Assembly (NCBI RefSeq): GCF_018977255.1
Contig: NW_024705445.1
Location: forward strand, 1 to 43,744
Direction of reading: 5' to 3'
DNA length: 43,744 nucleotides
Source: Callorhinchus milii
Taxonomy: Eukaryota
This document shows, piece after piece, positions 1-10,826 of the stretch (positions within the stretch are counted from its first letter, which is position 1; every line of letters starts with the position of its first letter). Position numbers and translations under genes: made by a program. Under the pieces are notes generated by a model. The model searched no databases. It was not told the DNA's origin and was given only the letters and a program-made list of their open reading frames with translations.

Positions 1-325
1 TCGCGCTGCCGCATTAGCGTTAGCTGTGGTGTGTGCGCGTGTTAAGAGTAAATCGCTCGCAGGTGTGGGTGAAGTCGTGCAGCTAGCTGTGCGCCACGTT
101 GGCGTGAGTGCTGGTGTACACGGGCGAGTGTGGGTTAACCCAGTGCGGCGGTGATCCAGCTATTGAGCCATGTCCCTCAGAGAGGGCGCTAGCGCGGGTG
201 GGCCGATCACCCGGTCGACAGGGGCCTGGTGGGAGCCGATCGACACGGTGGAGGAGGGAGCGGAGGGGCGGACGTTGCGCCCCACCTTCCCAAGCGAGGG
301 CGGTGGGGTGGATGTCGGCCCTCAC
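1..325 (-). mobile_element. possible LTR fragment cut by the window edge
   Basis: GC-rich block ending sharply at ...GGCCCTCACA (TGTGAGGG start on minus strand), followed by AT-rich DNA; no partner LTR seen. Confidence 0.25.
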
Positions 326-430
326 AATGACAATTGCGCAGTCCCGGTGGGGAAGAACATTTTTATTTTGAATCAAATCAATGTGGGTGCTAATTGGCGA
401 GCCAGTTAAATACATTCAAGTTATTGAAAC

Positions 431-745
431 TATGAGAATAGATTTTTTCCCCTTTTTTCTGGCAACAAAACAGGTGTTAAGTTGTTAAAACACCAAACTG
501 AAACCTTTTACAAGGAATCATGTTTGCATTAACCACAATGCTTGTGATCAGAATGCAAACAAAAACACACTCTGATAATATCTGCATTGTCCTTGAAACT
601 GATTGGTCCACACCAGAGACAGCTTTCTTTTCAGCCTTGTCTCAAACGGTGTGAGAACAGAGGACGCCAAAAGGTTTCAGTTGGTGTTTTAACAACTTAA
701 CACCTGTTTTGTTGCCAGAAAAAAGGGGGAAACCCTATTCCCATA
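431..745. repeat. foldback/MITE-like element with ~78-bp inverted arms
   Basis: 431-509 (..TTTCTGGCAACAAAACAGGTGTTAAGTTGTTAAAACACC..) is the near-perfect reverse complement of 669-745. Confidence 0.75.
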
Positions 746-1496
746 TTTTGTACTGGCAAAGGTCCCATGATGTTATTGAAACTAAAAAAAAAATATTTTA
801 CCAGGTAAGGCCCACTGAGCTATACGGCTCTTTTTCAGAAGCGACTTGACCACAAATGATAGCTCAATGAAGTGGCTTATCATGTGGAAATGTATAGCTG
901 CCAAATACTTTAAACGCATGTTCATTTTAAATTGGAGGGAAAAAACCAGAGGACCTGGAGAAAAAGCCACTTATGCCCGTTATTCAAACTGTCTGAAAGT
1001 CCATTGAAACCGAAAGTATATTCCTTAAAAGAGAACTGGGTTTTAAATAAAACACATTAATTTGGTGATGCTGCGTTGGTAATGGTGCACAAACACAAGT
1101 AACAAAAACAACTCCACAGATTTGTCAATAACACTGCAGCCTTCTAATAAGGCACATTCGAAACACTTTTTTTAATTACAGTATAATTTGATGGATGTGT
1201 TGCGTTGATTTAAGTTTTTTTTTTTATATATACAGCAAACAGATTGAGGCCATGCAATCACAAAAGGCGTGTTTTTACCAATCAAGCTAAAGGACATTAA
1301 ACAAAACATCTTAAATGTCAACCACAGGGCAACTTCATCGGGCATAAAATCACCAATATTTAGAAATCTTTCTATTTTATTTAATGAACGTTATATTTTT
1401 ACAGGACTCATAGAATTGGTCGCATTCCAAATAAACGTATAAACCGCACACCCAAAAACATAAGATTTCTTTACTTTATATTTGCATATACGATTA

Positions 1497-1800
1497 CACT
1501 GTGTAACAAAAAAAATTGTTCCTGCTTAGTAAGTGTTATTTTCTAATTTCTTATGCCTCAAAAGTATAGAAAATCGCTATTATTCCCCACAAACTTTGCT
1601 TTTGTGACCAGGACAGTGATATTTTGAAATTTACCTATTTTCAATGAGAAAACGTGTGCATTTGTGTAATTCCTTCACATAAAGTCCTGGTCACAAAAGC
1701 AAAGTTTGTTGGACAAAATAGCCATTTTCTATACTTTTGAGGCATAAGCAACTAGAAATAACACTTACTACCCAAGAACAAAAAATCGTGTAACGCGGTG
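1497..1800. mobile_element. Chapaev3-type (CMC) non-autonomous MITE
   Basis: CAC...GTG termini, ~115-bp imperfect inverted arms (CTTATGCCTCAAAAGTATAGAAAAT / ATTTTCTATACTTTTGAGGCATAAG), 3-bp TTA duplication at 1494-1496 and 1801-1803. Confidence 0.8.
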
Positions 1801-2286
1801 TTATCGATTATTCTTGAATAATGCAAACATTGTACGGGCTCTGTGCTGTTCATTGTATTTTAAATACATCTATAAAATGTATTTGTATAATGATTTATCA
1901 TGCAGGTGCAATTAAAGTGTTATTACTCGGAAATTTCCATCTTATTAATTTGACATTGTGCAGAGTAGGTGACTGTAATATTGCCCATGTTTGTTTAATA
2001 AGGAAACCACATTCCGGGAAAACATGAAACTTGTTTTTTTTTTGGCTCAGAATAAGAAATACAAACAAAAGGAACAATAATAAAGTTTCTGTTTATAGTT
2101 ACGAAGGGAAAAGAAAATAAAAAGACAGTAAAATAGTTTGCACTTTAAATATCTCAAGACCATCAGGATGAAAAAAAAAGAGCAGGAAATTATTTTTTTA
2201 CGTCCTTTTTATAGAAACGATTTCAAATAGAACCTCTGTATGGATATGCTCTTGAATACGGTGGTTCGTAAGTGGGATTGCACATA

Positions 2287-2631
2287 TGAACCTTATGGCG
2301 GTACCCCCGGGCACCATAGTACCCTGGCTCTCGCATAATGTCCGTGATGCAGTCATGTTTAGTCTGCTGATGGTCGGCGATGCGGCAATCGACTCATCTC
2401 GACGAGCTGTACACGATGCACCACCACGGTGCGTACGAGCGTTCAGGGTTTCAGCGCAATCGTCCTCGCTGCGTTTCGACATCGCGGAGTAGCACCGATT
2501 TCGGATTGATTGGTACCCCAGTCGCGGAGTTAAGTTCACCCCTGGAAAAAATAGTGTCCCAGAAATAAAATATTTAATTGCCTCGGACATTTTGTATTAT
2601 TTGGTACCCCGAGGTACCGCCATGAGGATCA
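2287..2631. mobile_element. small non-autonomous TIR element (family unknown)
   Basis: TGAACCTTATGGCGGTACCCCCGGGCACCA at the left end matches the reverse complement of TGGTACCCCGAGGTACCGCCATGAGGATCA at the right end. Confidence 0.5.
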
Positions 2632-3269
2632 ATTAAATAATGCAATGCACGTCATAACCGGAACACTGAAACCGACACCAATCCCCTGGCTCTTTGTAAT
2701 GGCGACATTGGCTCCTAAACGTGTCGACATCATACGCAAGAATCAAATATTAAGTGGAATTTAAATTGACATTTATTTCAATCAGAATTTCACCTCCTAA
2801 AAATGCAGTGTCCATGAGTGCGCTACGCACATGTGCATGCTTGACGTCAATTTTTTTCCTTTTATAGTTTGTGCATCCCGTTGGCGTGTCAGTTGCGACA
2901 CTCTTCACAATGGAATGATTGTTATTTTGTTGTTTTGGAACTATTTTTTTTCTGTACACGTTTTCGTAAGCACGTTCCCTTGTTTCTATACCTTGTTCGT
3001 ATCTACCCAAGCCACGGTTAGTCGGTTGGCAGGTGGTGTGTGATGGGGTAAAGTGTGGGTACTCACACCTTATCCTAGATGTCAGGCCAGCACGGAAGAG
3101 GAGGCCAAATGCCCTCTAAAGGGGCTCTCTAGAGCGACCTCTAGTGGAGGCCCTTCCGACAGCAGTGGTGTGAGCAAACATTTGCAGGGCCTTATCCAAG
3201 CCAGGTCTCTCTTGCAGAATGGCCGGTCTATAACTAGTAAATTAAGAATAGTAACTTTGACAAACTCCG

Positions 3270-3438
3270 ATTGGCTACGTACGGTGAGAAAAAAGTTAAA
3301 CATATATACAATTATATCACAATTGGCGTAAAAATAGGTTTACAGACAAAATGTTGTCAGATGTTCATATTAACATACTGAATATTACTTACTATGTATG
3401 CATGTTTAACTTCTTTCGCACGGTACGTAGCCAGCCGT
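3270..3438. repeat. two L2-type LINE 3' tail motifs in inverted orientation
   Basis: GGCTACGTACGGTGAGAAAAAAGTTAAACATAT (+) and a reverse-complement copy at ~3395-3436; the motif recurs at ~21436, ~39178 and ~42494. Confidence 0.6.
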
Positions 3439-3444
3439 GCGAAT

Positions 3445-3612
3445 CGAATGTGCTATGACATGGATTAGAAACATGGACACGTACAAAAAAATTTGAATAA
3501 AAGCTGAAACGTACACAAAGAAGCGTGGAGAGATGTATCCTAGGAATTACACCGAGAGACAGACAGAGGGACACGTGGATCAGGGAACAAATGCGAATTA
3601 TAGATATGAGAG
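3445..3612 (+). mobile_element. RTE-clade non-LTR retrotransposon RT C-terminal fragment
   Basis: Translates as GLETWTRTKKFE*KLKRTQRSVERCILGITPRDRQRDTWIREQMRIID, a typical RTE post-RT motif. Confidence 0.7.
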
Positions 3613-3699
3613 GGCTTGAGCAAGACACGTCGCTAGAAGGGTGGATGGCTAAAAGACGTGACCGGTGATGAAATGGAAGCCATATAAGGATTATAACAG

Positions 3700-4170
3700 C
3701 AATAATAATACTTCTACTACGTACAAAGCGCCTTTCATCAATGATCTCAAAGCATTGTACAATGCATGACAGCAGACACTCAGCACGATAATAACTAATG
3801 AAACGAAAAGCTAAGGCATGGCAAAATTATTAAATAAATACTCAAAGCCATTTGCTGAATTAGCGAAAAATTGAATAATCCGGAGTGTAAAGATGAGATT
3901 GAAGACGAGCTTCAAAAATGTTCAGAGACTCGGAGATCATCCTGATATCGCATGGGAGAAAGTTCCAGAGTTTGGGGTCACGTGGGAAAAAGCTTGGATC
4001 TCGCCAAGAGGACTTGTTGACTTTTTAATTTGTGCTACATGAACCATGTGACAGCTCCGAATTGGATTCAAGCAACAAGTGCTAATTAATTCAAAGCGGA
4101 TATGTTCATCGGTTGACGCTGTAAAGTTTGCAAACATAAAGAGAATGGTCTGAATATTTGGCAAATGTTA
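3700..4170 (-). mobile_element. degenerate L2/CR1-type LINE 3' fragment
   Basis: Minus strand reads QAFSHVTP plus an LWNxxP-like ORF2 end, followed by a ..TGCTTTGAG..GGCGCTTTGTAC 3' UTR motif and a (TAT)n tail. Confidence 0.55.
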
Positions 4171-5544
4171 GAATCGGAAACGGTTTTTTGGGAACGAGTT
4201 TTCCACTTGAGTTCTGCTGAACTAATTTAAGTCCATGTTCTCCTGTTTATTAACATTTGTCATGCAGTGAATCCAATGCTAACAAAATGTAAATGCTATT
4301 ACCTGCTCTATATGTTCGTTTGAGTCGATAAGCAGACGTGGAAAGATTTGGACATTCCTGGCGTCTGAGACTGGAAATGAGAAATACATTGCAACCTGTG
4401 TAACCTACACATTGCTTACACCAGGACAGCTTTTTTACATTAATTAATACAGCACATGAATTGCAATTCTAGAATAAAAGATAATATTAACACACACACA
4501 GCACACATTCACTGCACATGAACCGAATGCTTGAGAACAAGCCGTCGGGCTACAGAAGCCGGCAATAAAAATTGTCCACTCATCGTGCTCAAATGCACGC
4601 ACCCCGTTTTGGTATTTTCACCGCTGGGGCAGCCGATCCTGGGTTCAAGGGTGGGTCTGCAAATGGGGCCAGTGGGGAGCACATTGCGCACTGACTGACT
4701 AGGCGTAGGAACGGAATGCACAGCAGCCCACGGTCACCTCTGACTCCCATCGGTGGGTGACCATCTGCATTCTCGTTTGTGTCTAAAAAGGCGTGGCCGC
4801 ACAAACAAACGAGACGCAACCGAATTCTGCATGACGTGTGTGGCGAAGTTTGCATTTTTATCGCGTTGTTATTTTTCCCCTCCGCCTCCAAATGAAATGT
4901 CATTGTGCAACGAACGCCACCGTGTTGTCGTCACCCGGCAAAGAAGAAACGAACGCGCAGAACTCTCACGGCGAGAAGCAGCAGCAGCATGATATTTTAA
5001 ACTCGCATCAAGGAACGACCCCGCACGACGTTAGTGTCACAACCACTTCTGGAATGACTTCAACGCAGAGCCCTGCGACGTTTACATGCCCTGAAAAGAG
5101 TTACCGTCCGGCACCTGCAAAACACGAATTGCGTGAGCAGCCCTCACAACCGGAGTATGCCAAATGAAGTGACGGTGTTTGATAGAACTCTTAACAAAAA
5201 ATTTGCAACCGTTGGCGACTAAGCAATGAACATCAACTCCATTACACTTAACAATCAAACGTAACCATGGGTGGCTGTAACCAAAATTTCAAACGTAGGA
5301 CCTCACCAGTGCTAGTTCAGTGTCCTGGAATGACGCTTACCAACTCCGTAAGTCACCCGGGCATTTCGAATACGGGTGTCGTGATCCAATCCCCGCGTGA
5401 TCTTAAGTATCGTTGCAATTGAAGGTCGCAATTCCATTGAAGTATTTTTTTCGTGGAAAAAGTGGCGCCTATTCTGAGCCGCACAGAGGGCGACTGAACC
5501 ATATATAGGTGCCTGGCGCTGTGCACGCATTCCGTTCATGCATG

Positions 5545-5630
5545 TCATTTGGTGTATATCTCGAACTTTGGCGGCAAAGGTTGGTAGATCGCCATGGAAT
5601 AGGGGTTGATGTAGGTTGGTGGATTTGCAG
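5545..5630 (-). CDS. candidate terminal cytoplasmic exon of IgSF receptor gene B (Tyr-motif tail)
   Basis: Acceptor ccaccag|CT (phase 1), translating xANPPTYINPYSMAIYQPLPPKFEIYTK*; four Tyr including YxN and YxxL motifs. Too short for the ORF track; polypyrimidine tract is weak. Confidence 0.5.
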
Positions 5631-5777
5631 CTGGTGGATCACCATCAGCAGCATCAGCATCATTGTTGTCATTACCGTCATTTGCCATCATCATCGTAAT
5701 AAATGTCACGGTTTTCATTTCCCATCGCCGTCATAATGATCATTATATTTACGTATCATCGTCATTGTAATTTATCA

Positions 5778-6045
5778 TGGGCGGCAGGGTGGCTCAGTGC
5801 AAACGATTGTGCCTCAGCAAGAAGTGGGTTCGATTCCCAACTTGGACACCTTCCTTTGTGAAGTTCCGATGTTCTCCCCAGTTCTCCGGTTTTCCTTCCA
5901 TAGCTAACACACAAAAACCTCCATACAATGTAACTGGTGTTGTCCAAACATTCCCGACGCTGGGAAATGACCTGGAAATTAACCCAATCGGCATTACACG
6001 GAGTAACAGGTCCCCTCAATGGTTGTCGCTGGCTCACTGCACGAC
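5778..6045 (+). mobile_element. tRNA-derived SINE (V-SINE/HE1-like)
   Basis: A-box GGTGGCTCAGTG, B-box GGGTTCGATTCCC, then a TTTGTGAAGTT..ATGTTCTCCCC..TCCGGTTTTCCTTCC core. Confidence 0.7.
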
Positions 6046-6929
6046 GGCCTTCCCAATGCTCTGCGGTTCCTCGTGTCCCTGCGCTGCTGTCTCGCATTCA
6101 AGAGGGAGCGGACACTCTGTTGAGTATTGTAAGTTCGAACGCGCCGCGGCTTTTTGCAATATAAAAAACACAGGAAGCACAAAAAGTTCGCTTGCATTAA
6201 CTTTGCTCAACAATGCAACACGGGACGCGTTGTTTCTGGATGGTTTTCTGCCCTCGACTCGACAGCCTTGAACCGCTCACGCGCGTAACAGTCTCGCCAC
6301 TGGCGAGGCCAACTTCGCCTGCAACATTGGCTGACACGACGATCCCATGTTGCGCTGCAGATGCATGTCCCGCCTGCGACTGCCCCCCCCCAATCCGCTT
6401 CCCTCCGCCACCCTCCCCGGCACTCGTAAACATTTGCAATGGATCTCAGCCCGGGACACTGGTCCCAGCCGCTGGCCCTGCCACAAGACTCTCCGAGCTC
6501 CAGAGCTCGCATGATCAGCCAGGCACGAAGCGGGTGCCAAGCTGTCATTGGCCCTGTCCCAAGCCAAGCGGTAAACATTATTTTAAAAAGAAAGCTTGAA
6601 GGTAAAATTCATCACGAGCGCTGCGGGTACCGCGTGAAGAAAAATAGTGAAAATCGCTCGCACGTGAAAACGCGACGGCTTTAAGCACAGGATCGATATG
6701 ACCCGTTTAAATTACAAATCATATTTTAGCCAATCAACACACACGTGTGTCATCTTGATTATTAACAGCCAATCCCAGGAACCTAATAGAATATCAAAAA
6801 TGATTTTTTTAAGCAGACTTAATATTTGTGTTACTGTTCCGGTCAGAGAGCTGCAACTAGAAAATAAACTCCTGGTATTGGAGTACAGGTTCACGCAGGC
6901 GACGTTACGAATTCCATGGCAGAACTGGC

Positions 6930-7356
6930 TAAGTAACTTGGAAGTTCGCAATCGAGCGTGGCAGGAAGGCATTTAATTTACCCCCCCCCCCGGCAGCATA
7001 ACAAAAGGCTGCTTAATCTTAGCTTTCTTATCTACTTCCACCCCCTGCATCACAAAGCTTCAGTTTGGACTCCATGCGTTGCCTCCCAGCGCCCTCCCGT
7101 GCTTCACAACGTTGCCTCCCAGTCCACAGCCCGCCCACACACTCACCATGGCCCCTCCCCTCCCTCCATCCCCCGCGACTATATAATTCCTCGTCACAGC
7201 CATCTCTTAGACACACTTAAGCGGTTGTGCTTTCGCTACGTTGTCCCCACCTGAAGAAGGACGCTTGTGTTGCGCCCGAAACGTCGTGATTTAATTTAGT
7301 TGTTTTCATTTATTTAATTTTTTACCTACGTAACTTTACCGAAAAAACAAAGAGTA
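6930..7356 (+). mobile_element. Penelope-like element 3' fragment (pLTR with hammerhead)
   Basis: Degenerate endonuclease C-terminus (TWKFAIERGRKAF), C-rich tract, hammerhead at 7248-7288, and shared TACCTACGTRACTTTACCGAAA motif; 5' boundary approximate. Confidence 0.7.
7248..7288 (+). ncRNA. minimal type I hammerhead ribozyme motif
   Basis: CAC-CTGAAGA-A-GGACGC-TTGTGTT-GCGCCC-GAAAC-GTC-GTG: core CUGANGA/GAAA, stem I CAC/GTG, stem II, palindromic ACGU in place of stem III, GUC cleavage triplet (C7285). Confidence 0.8.
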
Positions 7357-7399
7357 GGAAGGCATAGTAGATGCAGCGAGAAAGACAAGGTTGTGATGG

Positions 7400-7720
7400 C
7401 ACCTAAGTAGAATTTGAGGAGCGCAGGTTACAGAGAGAGGCATTGATGTGGCACACGGAAGAGTAAGATAGAAGCCAGCTGATGGTGATGGTGCGTTTGT
7501 AAAAGCAGTCCTTTGAAGACTGTGTGGAATTTATAACATCGGTAAGAAGTCTGATGTGGAGTGTAAGATTGGTACTTGGAGGTGGAAGTACGAATTTGAT
7601 GACAGTTGCGGATATTTTATAAGATAGTACTGGCGAGTTGTGGTGGCATGCACGGCGTTGGCTTTGATGAACCGTGCAGATTGAACTCTAGTCAGCTCTG
7701 AATTCACCATCTAGCTGTGG
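7400..7720 (-). mobile_element. degenerate LINE (L2-like) 3' fragment
   Basis: Minus strand gives weak ORF2-end-like residues (TPHIRLLT..HTVFKGLL) and a LINE-like 3' UTR; heavily decayed. Confidence 0.35.
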
Positions 7721-8885
7721 AATATTCAAAGTTGCAGAAAACACCAATGATATCAGGGTCTGGATCCTTCCTGTTAATTAATCGCAAGAATGGGCCAGCT
7801 AAAGAAGGGTTCACATGGGAATGGATGCCACGGACATATTGCGGGTGCTACCGGTGCAGAATCCAAAGGTCAAAGTCTACTTTGATTTGATGTTGTGTTT
7901 GTTTTTTTGTAGATAATTGTATTTGTTTCAGCACACGTGGAATAAATCAGGATAAAATGAGGAAACAAGGAAAGAACACATGTTATTGATTGTCATTAAA
8001 ACATTTTATGAACGTTAATGAAATTATCCAGACTGTTTAACAATGTTAATTAAAAAAACACAAATGCTGTTGAAATTATTTTTAATATATAAAGAGAGCC
8101 TTGCCATGACATAGCGATTATGATTACAGCAGTGACGCCACAGCCTCTATTTTTGTTTCACCAATAAAATAAAATGGTAAATAAAACGCTCAACCATTTT
8201 GCCGTCGCGGGCAAGGAACGCGCAAGCGTGAAAGTCGAGAGCGCGAATCGCTTTTTCTTCATTTATTGCAACTCGACATGAGCCCTGGGGTACAGAGCGC
8301 AGCCCGTGACCACACAAGGAGGACTGCAACAGAAAATCCGCGGACAAATGCCCCAGGGGTTTAGGGAAGGGAGGAGGGAATACTAATTTGGGCTCGCTGT
8401 CCCCACCTAGGTGAGGACTGCGAGCAGGGAGCATGAGCGTTGATATGGCGAGGGAAGGATGGGGTGGGGGATGACAAAAGTAAGGGGATAAAGGGAACGG
8501 GGAGGTGGGAGGGAGGAGGGAAGTCGAGTGTGAAATTAAACTCTCTTGATCCACAATCATCGTAATCACCGGGGGATGTGACTTGTTTCATTGCTCCTGG
8601 CCATGGACAATGGACAATTAACAAAAAAATGTTTTTAACAAACAGAAAAACTAAAATTGTAGACAAAAATCGTTGGCTGATCTATCTGCTCTTTGTACCC
8701 CCAGGGATGTGGATCGCGTGTGGGGTGGCTGCGCTTTTCTTCCAAAATTAAGAGGAATTTAATCGTCCCCAGAGCTCCGATTCTGCCAGTTCCATCAACA
8801 AATGGGAATGTTGGTGGATAAATCATGCGCGTATTATCCCATTTTGCAAGATGATACGAACTATGTACTCATTCTCTCTCCTCTG

Positions 8886-9213
8886 TGTGGCACATTAGGA
8901 ATGGACCACTCTTTTAATTATTTCCTCGTGCAGCAAGGAGGAGTAAAGTGTGGTTTTGTGAAAGTCCTTATGTGCTGTGCAGTACATCAATGCACGTGTG
9001 TACACCAGCATTCGATAACTGAGTTGGGCCTGTGGGTGGCTGGCAGGGTTATTGATCAACCGGACTTGTACACCAGTCACGTGGTTAATGGCGACTCGGT
9101 TGAGGATTGCTGTGTGTGACACGTGCTATTGCATTTTACAGATTTACCACAATAAATGTGTTTGCCCTCGATTTGGAGCACCTGCCCACATCCTTCATTT
9201 CGAGTGTGCAACA
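8886..9213 (+). repeat. 5' LTR of Gypsy element 1
   Basis: Starts TGTGGCACATTAGG, ends GAGTGTGCAACA, contains AATAAA; homologous to 16065-17014. Confidence 0.93.
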
Positions 9214-9218
9214 TATTT

Positions 9219-9235
9219 TGGCGAGCCTGGCAGGA
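9219..9235 (+). promoter_or_regulatory. primer-binding site (tRNA-Arg(ACG)-like)
   Basis: TGGCGAGCCTGGCAGGA, 5 nt after the LTR; resembles the complement of the tRNA-Arg(ACG) 3' end (TGGCGAGCC...). Confidence 0.7.
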
Positions 9236-9349
9236 AAGTTTCCCAGAGTTCACTGACGGGGATCAACTCTTCCAACGAGACGGACCAAGCAATTGTACAG
9301 GCAGCATATGTAAAGACAGTCGTGCAAGGATCTGAACGGTCTTCACATC

Positions 9350-10808
9350 ATGGCACTGGAACAGCTGCAGGACAAGGCCAGTACTGCTTTGAATCAGCTG
9401 CAGAGAGCCCAGCTCATGGAAACATGCAGATATTTGAAGTGTTTCCATGATGATGAGACTGGTGAAGATAAAAGCAGACGGGCTTTGATTCGTATGGCAG
9501 AAAGAGTACTCGATGAAGTTGAAGACCAAGAAGAAGATGATGAGGCCTGTGCATATGTTCAAAACCTGCTGTCTTTCATTGAAACAATACAGCAGAAAGA
9601 CAAAGACAGCAAGGGAACAGGTCAAACACTGCCACCATCAAAACTATCTGAAGATATGGATGGTGAAATACAAGAGTCACAAGAAGAATCCAGAAAAACC
9701 CTTGAGGAAAAGAAAACCTCAAGTGAAGGTGGAAAAAAACCGCAGCAGCATTGAATCCCATACGAATGGCCAGACTAGGAAATGTGCCGGAAGTCACAAT
9801 ACGAATAATTCAGGATCTGCGGGCAGATTGGTGAAATTTGATGCACCAGATCGACACAGGAACCCGTAAGGGCCATGCTGAGTCTGACATCATTGAGGCA
9901 GTAGTCAGAGCAATCAGTCCTGGTCTAAATTTGAGGGACATGCTAGAAATAAAACTGATTTGACTATTTACAAGTTAAAAACCATTTTGAAGGGACACTA
10001 TAGAGAAGAAAGCACATCTGATCTCTATCAGAAGTTGATGAACATCTCTCAGGAGCCAAGAGAAACTGCACAAAACTTTCTGTTCCGAGCTATCGAATTA
10101 AAGGACAGACTATTATTTGCATCTAAAGAAAAAGGAGCTGATGACCAGTACAATCCAGATTTGGTACGCAGGAAGTTCCTGAGATCGATTGGCACAGGAT
10201 TGCTCAGTGACTCTATAAAATTCCAAATAAAGCCCCATCTGGATGACATCACTGTCACTGATGAGATGCTGATTGAAAAAGTCAATGAAGCAGCCAGCTT
10301 GGAACTTGAGAGACAAAACAAGCTCAAACAGAATTTGGCTCCCAAAATGACTCGGATGAATGAACTGCAAGCTGATTTGAAGGGTAGTAGGGAAGGCTGT
10401 CAGCAGGACTCACAGGGACCATTAAGGTGGTTACATCACCAATACCACCATCCAACAACGGAAATGCCAGGACCAAAACAGAGAGGGCAACAAGACATCA
10501 GCAACTGAAAGGCCATCTCGAGATGGATTGAAAAGATGGTAAGCGAGTTAAGGGCTGAAGTTGCAGAGATCAGGAGGAGGTGGCAGGATGATGTCACCCC
10601 AGACACCAAGCGAGGACACTGGAAACAACCAGCCCAAGACAGAGCAATGCGACCAAGAGGCTGTAGGATGTGCCAAGAGGCTGGAGCAGGTGGTACATGT
10701 AACCATTGTTTCAAATGTGGCCAGCCGGGACACCTGGCCCATGGATGTCGAGCCTCTCGACAGCAGCAGGGAAACTGGCGAGGGTTGCTGCAGGGGGACC
10801 AGCAGTAA
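9350..10808 (+). pseudogene. gag: Gypsy gag (frameshifted) with CCHC zinc knuckle
   Basis: ORF pieces 9350-9754, 9960-10508 (QEPRETAQNFLFRA) and 10536-10808 (CFKCGQPGHLAHGC). Confidence 0.9.
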
Positions 10809-10826
10809 CCTACACGCCAGGGTCCC
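10769..10826 (+). promoter_or_regulatory. -1 programmed ribosomal frameshift signal (slippery heptamer + H-type pseudoknot)
   Basis: G GGA AAC at 10769-10775; stem 1 GGTTGCTGC (10783-10791)/GCAGTAACC (10802-10810); stem 2 GGGACC (10795-10800)/GGTCCC (10821-10826); pol is in the -1 frame relative to gag. Confidence 0.8.

Noticed and set aside
4930..4995. Minus-strand MLLLLLAVRVLRVRFFFA, resembling a signal-peptide exon
   Set aside because: The available GT donors are phase 0 or 2, not the phase 1 needed for an Ig exon; it rests on a short (CTG)n run and no downstream V exon was found.
5778..5850. tRNA-like A/B boxes
   Set aside because: No cloverleaf; the sequence continues into a SINE core, so it is not a tRNA gene.
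6197..6600. GC-rich block with overlapping ORFs in several frames; tested as gene B TM/cytoplasmic exon
   Set aside because: No hydrophobic segment long enough for a TM, no convincing donor, no recognisable domain; ORF overlap is explained by GC content.
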